Assembly: GCA_020200995.1 (NCBI GenBank)
Contig: JAIVHQ010000210.1
Coordinates: forward strand, 1-39,327
Direction: 5' to 3'
Length of the DNA stretch: 39,327 nt
From: Flavobacteriales bacterium
GTDB taxonomy: Bacteria; Bacteroidota; Bacteroidia; Flavobacteriales_D; Cryomorphaceae
This document shows positions 1 to 7,478 of the stretch, piece after piece. Under the pieces are notes generated by a model, which worked only from the letters and a program-made list of their open reading frames with translations, searched no databases and was not told where the DNA came from. The first letter of the stretch is position 1, and each line of letters starts with the position of its first letter. Made by a program: the position numbers and the translations under genes.

Positions 1-870
1 GTGGTTGAATGTAAGGGGCGCACCATCCTTGTACGCCATAATCTCACCATCGATCACTGCGGCGCGGGGCAGTGCTTCAGCGAGTGAAGCGATCTCGGGA
101 AAGCTCTCGGTGATGAGCTCCTCGCCCCTGCTCCAGAGGAATACTTCACCTTTGCGGAAAATAAGCTGGCCGCGGATGCCGTCCCATTTATACTCGAATT
201 GCCAGTCGGCACAGGGACCCAGATCAGATGGCTCCCCATCAATGGGGTAAGCCAGATAAAAAGGATAGGGGCGGGAGAGGTTCTCGGCGGGGTCGGGTGT
301 GACAAGGAGGTTGTGAAAATCTGCTGTGCCCGGATCCCATTTCCCCATAAGGCGATGGGCCACGGCGTTTTCATCATCGCCGAGATGCGCTGCCAGAGCG
401 CGCACCATGAGCTTTTGGCTCACCCCGATACGAAAGCCACCGGTGATGAGCTTATTGAAAACAAACCGTTCCGTGCGGTTCATTTCTGCCCAAATGTTTT
501 TGATGCGCGTTTCGATTTCGGATTCAGGTTGGCCCCGAAGGGTGCGGAGGGTTTCCATTCGGTCTGATAGCGAGACCTCATTCGCGGTCTCGGGGGGAGG
601 CAATACCAGCGCCACCGTTTCTGCGAGGTCGCCTACCACGTAATAGGTTTCTTCAAAAAGCCAGAGCGGAATGTCGGCTACTTCGGCTGCCCACTGCCTC
701 AGGAGAGCTGTTTTGACGGGGCGCTTCGGTCTGTTTCCCGAAAGGAGGGCCACACACCATAGCTTATCCCGATCGGCGGCCGCATCCAAATATTCGTTGA
801 GGGCTTTGAGCTTCTCGGTGGTGCGGGTCGTGGCATCGATGGCCGCTATAAGAGCTGCGAACGCCTTCAT
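1..870 (-). CDS. ATP-dependent DNA ligase (ligase-associated DNA damage response type), first 290 codons; the 3' end runs off the left window edge
   Basis: Absent from the ORF track because there is no stop in the window. Manual reverse translation from ATG at 870-868 gives 290 codons with no stop down to position 1: MKAFAALIAAIDATTRTTEKLKALNEYLDAAADRDKLWCVALLSGNRPKR...CADWQFEYKWDGIRGQLIFRKGEVFLWSRGEE. The KxDG adenylation motif (EYKWDG) is present. Its ATG overlaps the TGA of the upstream exonuclease gene (ATGA). Confidence 0.9.
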   Translation of the reverse strand, partial: MKAFAALIAAIDATTRTTEKLKALNEYLDAAADRDKLWCVALLSGNRPKRPVKTALLRQWAAEVADIPLWLFEETYYVVGDLAETVALVLPPPETANEVSLSDRMETLRTLRGQPESEIETRIKNIWAEMNRTERFVFNKLITGGFRIGVSQKLMVRALAAHLGDDENAVAHRLMGKWDPGTADFHNLLVTPDPAENLSRPYPFYLAYPIDGEPSDLGPCADWQFEYKWDGIRGQLIFRKGEVFLWSRGEELITESFPEIASLAEALPRAAVIDGEIMAYKDGAPLTFNH

Positions 871-1892
871 TCCGATTCCTTTTCTTCAGAGCGCGACTCG
901 CCGATATCAGAGAGCTCACCCTCGTATTCCGTTTTTACCGGCACGGCATTGAGCCCCTTGGAGCGGAGCCACTTAGAGTAAACATCACTGTATCCGTGGG
1001 TAACAAAAATATTCTGGGCCCGGGTTGCGTCCACGGCAGCATTTAGCTCATCCCAGTCTACGTGGTCCGAAAAGATAAAACCGCGGTCGGTGTGCCTTCT
1101 GCGGCGTGCTCCCCTCAGGCTCATCCAGCCCGAAGCCGTGGCAGTTTTGAAAGGCTTGAGCTTTTTGGTCCACGAAGATCCGAGGGCCGAGGGTGGCGCC
1201 AAAACCATTGCACCTTTCAGGCGTGCTTTATCGATTTCGGCGCTCAGATAAGTGGCATCGGTAAATTCGTATCCGACCGACTCGAGGGCTGTGTTGGTAT
1301 TGACGATGGCACCGTGCAAAAAGATTTCTCCGATGGTAGGATCCAGGTTGTTCAAAATCCGCTGGGCCTTGCCAAGGGCGTAGCACAGCAGAAGAGAGCA
1401 TTGTCCGTTTTTGCGGTTTTCGGCCCACCAGGCATTTATTTCTGACATAACGGCTTCCTGGGGTTGCCACCGAAATGCGGGGAGTCCAAAAGTAGACTCG
1501 GTGATAAAGTGGGTGCACTTTACCGGTTCAAACGGAGTGGAGAGGCCGTCGGCACCGGCTTTGTAATCGCCCGAGACCACCCAGACTTCACCTTTATGAG
1601 CAAGCCTGATCTGGGCAGAACCGGGGATGTGGCCGGCCGGATGAAAGCTGATGTCTACCCCGTTTACACGAAGTTGTTCTCCGTACTCTACGCCGATTGC
1701 TTCAATATCTCCGAGCCTCCACCGCATCACCGGAAGGCTGTGCTTGTGGGCAGCATAGGTACCCATTCCCCACCGCGAATGATCGGCGTGTGCATGGGTG
1801 ATGAGGGCTTTATCGACGGGCTTCCAGGGATCGATGTACACATCGGCCTTTTCGCAGTACAATCCTTTGTCAGTAAATGAAATAAGTGCCAT
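867..1892 (-). CDS. Ligase-associated DNA damage response exonuclease (metallo-beta-lactamase/beta-CASP fold)
   Basis: 341-aa ORF with ATG at 1892. HAHADH metallo-beta-lactamase motif near the N-terminus (ALITHAHADHSRWG). Translationally coupled to the ligase gene downstream. Confidence 0.88.
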   Translation of the reverse strand: MALISFTDKGLYCEKADVYIDPWKPVDKALITHAHADHSRWGMGTYAAHKHSLPVMRWRLGDIEAIGVEYGEQLRVNGVDISFHPAGHIPGSAQIRLAHKGEVWVVSGDYKAGADGLSTPFEPVKCTHFITESTFGLPAFRWQPQEAVMSEINAWWAENRKNGQCSLLLCYALGKAQRILNNLDPTIGEIFLHGAIVNTNTALESVGYEFTDATYLSAEIDKARLKGAMVLAPPSALGSSWTKKLKPFKTATASGWMSLRGARRRRHTDRGFIFSDHVDWDELNAAVDATRAQNIFVTHGYSDVYSKWLRSKGLNAVPVKTEYEGELSDIGESRSEEKESE

Positions 1893-1975
1893 GGAGAAGG
1901 AAACAACCTCGCCAGCTCAAAGTTCAATTATGTCTAAAACGGATTGCATTATGTAGATTAGTTGCAAAAAAGCAA

Positions 1976-2401
1976 ATGAGCGAACCGACCGACCGAATAA
2001 ACTCTGACAAAGCCCCCGAACCGGTGGGCCTTTATCCCCACGCACGTCGCGTGGGCAATCTTCTTTTTTTGAGTGGTGTGGGGCCCAGGGAGCGCGGCAC
2101 TTCAATAATCCCCGGTGTGGAGCTCAACGCAGACGGCACCGTGGCCGACTACGACATTGCAGCGCAGTGCCACAGCGTGTTTAAGAATGTGAGGCTGGTG
2201 CTCGAAGCTTCCGGATCTTCATGGGACAAGCTGGTGGATGTCACCGTTTTTCTAACCAATATGAAAGACGATTTCAAAACCTACAATGGCATTTACGCCG
2301 AGTATTTCAAAGACAACCAACCCTGTCGAACCACTATAGAAATCAACTGCCTACCGACCCCCATCGCGATAGAGCTCAAATGCATCGCCACAATCGACTA
2401 A
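1976..2401 (+). CDS. RidA/YjgF/L-PSP family protein
   Basis: The track ORF starts at an upstream alternative start. The first ATG at 1976 gives MSEPTDRINSDKAPEPVGLYPHARRVGNLLFLSGVGP..., a typical RidA N-terminus and size (141 aa). Confidence 0.85.
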   Translation: MSEPTDRINSDKAPEPVGLYPHARRVGNLLFLSGVGPRERGTSIIPGVELNADGTVADYDIAAQCHSVFKNVRLVLEASGSSWDKLVDVTVFLTNMKDDFKTYNGIYAEYFKDNQPCRTTIEINCLPTPIAIELKCIATID

Positions 2402-2404
2402 GCT

Positions 2405-3406
2405 ATGGAGATTCCCAAAAGTTATAAAGCCCTTGTGGTACGTGAGAACCCCGAAGGCAAATTTACACGCGCCATCGAAGAGGTGGGCATGGACTTTTTG
2501 CCCGACAATGATGTGCTGATCAAGGTGCATTACGCCGCCCTGAACTACAAGGATGCCCTTTCTGCGAGCGGCCACAAAGGCATCACCAGGCAATATCCGC
2601 ACACGCCCGGGGTGGATGCCTCGGGCGTGGTGGTGCGCAGCCGCGACGCCAATTTTTCACCCGGCGACGAAGTATTGGTGACCTCTTATGACCTTGGCAT
2701 GAACACTAAAGGCGGGTTTGCAGAATACATCTCGGTGCCCGCCGAATGGGTCATTCCATTGCCCGATTCTCTCAACCTGCGCGAAGCAATGGTCATTGGC
2801 ACAGGCGGTTTCACCGCAGCACTGGCACTTTACAAAATGGAAATGAACGGCCAGCACCCCGACATGGGAGAAGTTGTGATCACAGGAGCCAGCGGGGGGG
2901 TCGGCTCCATGGCTGTATCAATATTCAAATCGGCAGGGTACACCGTCATCGCCTCAAGCGGAAAAACGGAGCACTACCCCTGGCTGAAAAAAATCGGAGC
3001 CAAGCGCTGCGTAAACCGCGAAGAAGTGAGCGATACTTCCGGAAAGCCTTTGATCAAACCCAAATGGGCGGGGGCCATTGACACCATCGGAGGCAACACT
3101 CTTGCCACCCTGATCAAGGCCTGCGGACGCAACGGCAATGTGGCAGCCTGCGGGTTGGTGGTTTCACACAAACTGGAAACCACTGTTTATCCATTTATTT
3201 TGAACGGAATCAACATGCTGGGAATCGAATCAGCTGAAACACCGCGAGAGGTACGCCTTAAAATATGGGAGCTTTTGGCCGGGAAGCTCAAGCCTCCGCT
3301 CCTCGATGAAATGCAGTGCCTGATAAAACCTGAAGAAGTCACCAATTATATGGACGACATTCTGGAGGGCGAAACCTCGGGACGTGTTGTGGCCTGCTAC
3401 ACGTAA
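2405..3406 (+). CDS. YhdH/AcuI-type NADPH-dependent oxidoreductase (medium-chain dehydrogenase/reductase superfamily)
   Basis: 333 aa. Motifs VHYAALNYKDALSASG and ITGASGGVGS (nucleotide-binding Gly motif). Starts 4 nt after the RidA stop. Confidence 0.85.
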   Translation: MEIPKSYKALVVRENPEGKFTRAIEEVGMDFLPDNDVLIKVHYAALNYKDALSASGHKGITRQYPHTPGVDASGVVVRSRDANFSPGDEVLVTSYDLGMNTKGGFAEYISVPAEWVIPLPDSLNLREAMVIGTGGFTAALALYKMEMNGQHPDMGEVVITGASGGVGSMAVSIFKSAGYTVIASSGKTEHYPWLKKIGAKRCVNREEVSDTSGKPLIKPKWAGAIDTIGGNTLATLIKACGRNGNVAACGLVVSHKLETTVYPFILNGINMLGIESAETPREVRLKIWELLAGKLKPPLLDEMQCLIKPEEVTNYMDDILEGETSGRVVACYT

Positions 3407-3427
3407 ACAACAGTATAACAATAATAA

Positions 3428-3448
3428 AGCCCGGCACAAGGCCGGGCT
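3428..3448 (+). terminator. GC-rich hairpin after the reductase gene (agcccggc-acaag-gccgggct)
   Basis: 8-bp perfect stem 22 nt after the stop at 3406. The T tract on the plus strand is weak, so efficiency is uncertain. Confidence 0.5.
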
Positions 3449-3571
3449 TCACATTAACCAGATTAACTAAAACTACTATGAAGATGCATTTCGGGCCGTT
3501 GCCCGAGCGTCTACTAGTGATACAAAAACAACTTGTGCGAGGGATACCCTACTACCAAATAAAAGGTTTTT

Positions 3572-3605
3572 GAAAAAAAAAGGACGCCCATAGCTCGGCG
3601 TCCTT
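3572..3605 (-). terminator. Rho-independent terminator for the minus-strand FecR2/micro-ORF transcript
   Basis: Stem aaggacgcc / ggcgtcctt (3580-3588 / 3597-3605). On the minus strand it is followed by a run of 9 T (A run 3572-3580 on plus). Confidence 0.7.
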
Positions 3606-3651
3606 TTCAACCTTAACCCAACCAAAAATTTGATTTTTGTGATAACGCTGA

Positions 3652-3804
3652 TCAGCGTGTAGCTGAGTCCTTTATTTTGTCCCACTTGTTTTTGAACTTT
3701 CTATTCTGGGCCTTCACGTAATATTCGTCCCAAAGAGGTGTCATTCCTCCGTAAATCTTGTTGGCCTTAAGGTCCATACGTGTTTTGTTCAAGTCTTTCA
3801 GCAT
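3652..3804 (-). CDS. Lys-rich 50-aa micro-ORF of unknown function
   Basis: Below the track cutoff, translated manually: MLKDLNKTRMDLKANKIYGGMTPLWDEYYVKAQNRKFKNKWDKIKDSATR. The ATG lies 4 nt after the FecR2 stop, and the strong terminator follows 47 nt downstream. Confidence 0.35.
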   Translation of the reverse strand: MLKDLNKTRMDLKANKIYGGMTPLWDEYYVKAQNRKFKNKWDKIKDSATR

Positions 3805-3808
3805 GAGA

Positions 3809-4684
3809 TTACTTGTTAAGGATGGTTATTAAATTATTTTCTCTGTCGATTTCAAAAGTCAAACCGACAGGTTTACAAATTATTTCGAGGACGTCCTCAA
3901 TTTTCTGGCCACGAGAAAACTCGCCTGTATACCGGGCCGTCATTTCTGCTTTGTATTCAAATTCAAAGCCTGTATCTTCCGACAGTGCGTCAAACACCGA
4001 CTTCACAGATACATCATCAAAGCTGTAAGGAGCATTGGTCCACAAACCAATCTCTGCAGCCGGTGCATCTTTGAGTTCCACCTTCCCCGTGTTGGACGAA
4101 ACAGCTTTTCCCGGAGTCAGCTTATAGACCTCGCCATTGGAGAGATCGACTGCCACGCGGCCTGTTTTGCATTGCACTTCCAGCATTCCGGATTCGGCGC
4201 GCACGTTAAATGAAGTTCCGAGCACCCTCACGTCGCCTAAGTCGGCAGTGACGCTAAATGTGCTCCCTTTTTCGACTTCAAAAAAAGCTTCGCCATTCAG
4301 TGCTACTTTCCGTTGAATGCTCCAGAGCCATTCGTTATATGAAACGCTCGAAGCCTTGTTGAGGATGGCTTCAGAACCATCGGGAAGCCCGACGGTCAGG
4401 GCATTGGCTGAATTGTTGTCTACTGTTGTCATACCGCCGAAAAACACTCCGAAACCAGCGCCGGCGATTAATACGACCATTACAGCTGCTACTTTCAATA
4501 CTTTAAAAGAACGTTTCGCTTCGAATGCGATGACAGGTGCCGTTTCAATTCGGGCAGTGACTGAATTCCAAGCCTCCTCTTTGGTGCGCTTGAAAGGAAG
4601 TCTTTCGGCACTGAGGTATAGATCCAGGTCTGAGGTAATTTTCTTTTTCACGTCGGTGAATTTCACTCTTGAGTTACAAGGCAT
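3809..4684 (-). CDS. FecR-family anti-sigma-like transmembrane protein (paralogue 2, no adjacent intact sigma factor)
   Basis: FecR core NGEAFFEVEKGSTFSVTADLGDVRVLGTSFNV, one TM segment (VAAVMVVLIAGAGFGVFFGG) and a C-terminal DUF4974-like tail. The track start at 4768 is a TTG; the first ATG is at 4684 (MPCNSRVKF...). Confidence 0.75.
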   Translation of the reverse strand: MPCNSRVKFTDVKKKITSDLDLYLSAERLPFKRTKEEAWNSVTARIETAPVIAFEAKRSFKVLKVAAVMVVLIAGAGFGVFFGGMTTVDNNSANALTVGLPDGSEAILNKASSVSYNEWLWSIQRKVALNGEAFFEVEKGSTFSVTADLGDVRVLGTSFNVRAESGMLEVQCKTGRVAVDLSNGEVYKLTPGKAVSSNTGKVELKDAPAAEIGLWTNAPYSFDDVSVKSVFDALSEDTGFEFEYKAEMTARYTGEFSRGQKIEDVLEIICKPVGLTFEIDRENNLITILNK

Positions 4685-4712
4685 ATACAGACACAAAAAA
4701 AATAGCAATAAG

Positions 4713-4901
4713 TTAAAATGAAATAAAACCCGATTGCGGTAGATAGTCCATCCGATGGCTGTCCTCAAAATTCATTCTCTTGGCTGCAGTCATGCCCGCA
4801 ATCATGGCTATGGCTTGACCTAACGACCAGATCTTTGGATTTGGCCCGTGGACGTGTTCATGAATTCTCAGCCCAGGCCTCTTGGCTCTAACAAGCACCA
4901 T
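4713..4901 (-). CDS. 62-aa ORF, possibly a remnant of the region-4 end of an ECF sigma factor
   Basis: Its ATG shares one nucleotide with the TAA of the upstream membrane-protein gene (TAATG). It ends 29 nt before the FecR2 ATG. It shows weak in-register similarity to the C-terminus of the sigma factor at 10884-11414 (see findings). Confidence 0.3.
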   Translation of the reverse strand: MVLVRAKRPGLRIHEHVHGPNPKIWSLGQAIAMIAGMTAAKRMNFEDSHRMDYLPQSGFISF

Positions 4902-6511
4902 TAGTCAATTGCGACCATCCTGATGCGATCCATACTTATATCATTTCGGTGGCACCATTGCTCCAGGGTGGCTGAGTCAGTATGATCAAAAAGATCCATA
5001 TACCCATCTGCGTAAGACCCTGTATAGGCATTTACCAAACTTAAATTCAAGCTTTGTGCGGCCAACATGGCTGAAATATGGTGGGTGATTCTCACTGCGT
5101 GGTCATTTTTGGCCTCTTCAGAAAGCATGACCAAAACAGCATCAAAATCACCATTTGCGTCTGAGCTCAATGCTTCTATGAATCTCTGTTCTGCAAGTAG
5201 AGCTTCGGCTTTTTCAAACCGCTTGAGGTTGTAATCCACCTTATAGGCCTGATCGATAAAAGTGACAAAAGGGAGAAGGTACAACACCATTCTCCATCGG
5301 CCTCCGTGGTTTCGCAGCCAAAGCAGCACAAGGGACAGAATGAATACGAAAAACAGAATATTGACATTAATGATGCGCATCACTGCCCGCATTGAAGAGA
5401 AGCCCGGAAGGGAATACACGAGCTTGTAAGGAGAAAGTCCGTCTGTTCGGAGTGCGAATACCATGGCGAGTACAAACGCGGCGAGCAGTATGGATACCCG
5501 CGATTTTTGCGCATTCAGCCGCCCTGAAACCAGCAAAGCAATGCCGGCAATTATACCCAACCAAGGCAACGCTCCGGGAAATATAAAGTGAAGCCACCAA
5601 TTTTCAACACCTGCCAATTCGGGTTCGTAAAGCAATGATGACCAAGTCCAGGCCGAAGGATATGCGTAAAAATAGGAGCTTAACTTGGGTATGCTGTCGA
5701 AAATCTCTCCGAATTTTCGCATCCCGATTGATTTTCCCATCTCGGCATAGGGTGCCATCAAAGGAGTGAGCGCCAGGGCTGAAACCGCGACACCCGCGAG
5801 AACTGAACCGAGAAATTTCAGGTTCCTGAAGCGGGTAATGAGCGACAGGTCCCGTTTTGCAATGAAGTAACCCAAGATGAGTGCAAGAAGCATGTAAATG
5901 CTGAAAAACCCGAGATAAATGCCACAATAGAATTGAAAAACAATACCGAAAAGCACCAAGTAGATGTAGCGGATGTTGCGTTTTTCAAAGTACATCAAGG
6001 CCCAATAAAAAATGAGGGGCAAAAGAAAACGCGGAAAAACCTGAAAGTGATAGACCTGACCTATATTAAACAATCCGAAAGCAAAAATATAAGCCCCGAT
6101 CGCTGCGATCAGCGGAACCTTGACAAAACGCCATAGCGCCCAAAAACAAGCGACATAATTTAGAGCACACAATACCAGGAACCAGTACTGAACAGAACTA
6201 TAGGTAGATACCCCAAGCGCGCGAAACAAGGCATAGAGCGGCAAGGTGCCGAGAAAATTATCAGAACGCGCGATCACATTCTCCGTGGGATACATGATGG
6301 GAGCATTCCAGTAGCTCGACAATTCACCTGTGAAGTACAGGTATCCGTGCTCCAGAATGTAGAGGTTGAATCGGGCATCGCCCATATCGCCCGGTATGAA
6401 GGAAAAATCCAGCCCCATAATTCTCAATGGAACGCTGTATAATCCCACTGCAAAAAGGACAAATGCTAAAACCCATTGAAGATATAGCTCCTTGCTACTT
6501 GTAAATGCCAT
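4901..6511 (-). CDS. Polytopic integral membrane protein (about 12 or more predicted TM segments plus a ~120-aa soluble C-terminal domain); possibly a GT-C-type glycosyltransferase
   Basis: 536 aa with ATG at 6511. Very hydrophobic, with an acidic loop motif after TM1 (PGDMGDARFNLYILEH) of the kind seen in lipid-linked-sugar transferases. No family is confidently recognised. Confidence 0.6.
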   Translation of the reverse strand: MAFTSSKELYLQWVLAFVLFAVGLYSVPLRIMGLDFSFIPGDMGDARFNLYILEHGYLYFTGELSSYWNAPIMYPTENVIARSDNFLGTLPLYALFRALGVSTYSSVQYWFLVLCALNYVACFWALWRFVKVPLIAAIGAYIFAFGLFNIGQVYHFQVFPRFLLPLIFYWALMYFEKRNIRYIYLVLFGIVFQFYCGIYLGFFSIYMLLALILGYFIAKRDLSLITRFRNLKFLGSVLAGVAVSALALTPLMAPYAEMGKSIGMRKFGEIFDSIPKLSSYFYAYPSAWTWSSLLYEPELAGVENWWLHFIFPGALPWLGIIAGIALLVSGRLNAQKSRVSILLAAFVLAMVFALRTDGLSPYKLVYSLPGFSSMRAVMRIINVNILFFVFILSLVLLWLRNHGGRWRMVLYLLPFVTFIDQAYKVDYNLKRFEKAEALLAEQRFIEALSSDANGDFDAVLVMLSEEAKNDHAVRITHHISAMLAAQSLNLSLVNAYTGSYADGYMDLFDHTDSATLEQWCHRNDISMDRIRMVAID

Positions 6512-6698
6512 GTCCGGGTTCGGGCTGAATGGATTGAATTAATTTTCTGCAAATGTGCAATTTTATTTCTCCTTTTCGATCTCGACTCTTTGTTGCATCT
6601 ACTAATCCACAAACATTATCCCAGTCCGGGTGGTCCCGACAGTGGCGTGACGGAAGTAAGTCTGCCATCAACAACGTGGACGACCCGACACGTTCAAA

Positions 6699-7478
6699 TC
6701 AATTTATTTCCAACAGCACTGATGTTCCGTTGAATGCTGTAAATACCCCGACCCCGCCCGAAATATTGCCTGATGCCCCTGTGAGGTTCATGCCCTCAGG
6801 AGCCTCGTAAAGTTGCACATAGTCGTCATTTACCGCGGTGACGTATAGTGCAAATCTTCCTGTCGATGGAAAGTGACTCGCTTTAAGCTCCAGAGAGTTA
6901 TTGGTCAAAACCCGACCGAAAGGAGCATCGGACGGATTGACGAACTCGGGCCCTTCAAGGGTTATATTGACTTCTATTTCACGCAAGAAAACACAGTACT
7001 TGCCCCCCGGCTGCGGATCCCAACTCAACTCGGTGAGTACTTCGTCAGTATGGCCCGAAAACTCTATTTCAGGTTCAGAAATCTGAAGGCCTGTGATCCC
7101 GGAGGGCATCGAAGATGAAGCCGTGTAGCGCCTTCCACCGTAAGTGATTCTGATGGATACAGGGGCGCTTGCTCCGGGCACTTCGCTCGTGTCGGTCTGG
7201 ATATATAAGCCCGGCGAGAAGTCAGAAACTTCGAGTGCAAAAGAAACACCTGCCTGCTCAGCTGTGACCTGCGCATCGGATACAGGTATGGTCTGCGACC
7301 TGCCTCCTTCGTGAAATTTTGAGAGCTTGATCCGTTTGATTGGCTCGTCGGCATAAACGAAGCCCTCCACGACAATAATCTCTCCCGCACCGTCCCCGTC
7401 CTGTGCATCATCGGGTTCGCAACCAACGATCAGGAAAGCAAAGAGTAATGCCTTAAACAGAAGGAGGGCTGTTCTCAT
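6699..7478 (-). CDS. DUF4249-family lipoprotein
   Basis: Lipobox (FLIVGC) and a C-terminal GGVGVFTAF motif typical of DUF4249. ATGA overlap with the TonB-dependent receptor gene upstream. Confidence 0.75.
   Translation of the reverse strand: MRTALLLFKALLFAFLIVGCEPDDAQDGDGAGEIIVVEGFVYADEPIKRIKLSKFHEGGRSQTIPVSDAQVTAEQAGVSFALEVSDFSPGLYIQTDTSEVPGASAPVSIRITYGGRRYTASSSMPSGITGLQISEPEIEFSGHTDEVLTELSWDPQPGGKYCVFLREIEVNITLEGPEFVNPSDAPFGRVLTNNSLELKASHFPSTGRFALYVTAVNDDYVQLYEAPEGMNLTGASGNISGGVGVFTAFNGTSVLLEIN

Noticed and set aside
5-952. Four plus-strand ORFs (81-122 aa) at the left edge
   Set aside because: They lie antisense to, or out of frame with, the uninterrupted minus-strand ligase frame, which carries the KxDG motif. 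Their products are Arg/Ser/Pro-rich noise.
3476-3685. 69-aa minus-strand ORF in the 3407-3651 intergenic region
   Set aside because: It spans the terminator hairpin at 3580-3605 and overlaps the better-supported 50-aa ORF in another frame. It has no motif and no coupling signal.
4950-4965. TGGCAC...TTGC-like sequence as a possible sigma-54 promoter, given that rpoN is in the window
   Set aside because: The GG-to-GC spacing is too short for the -24/-12 consensus. The site is on the plus strand inside a minus-strand coding region.
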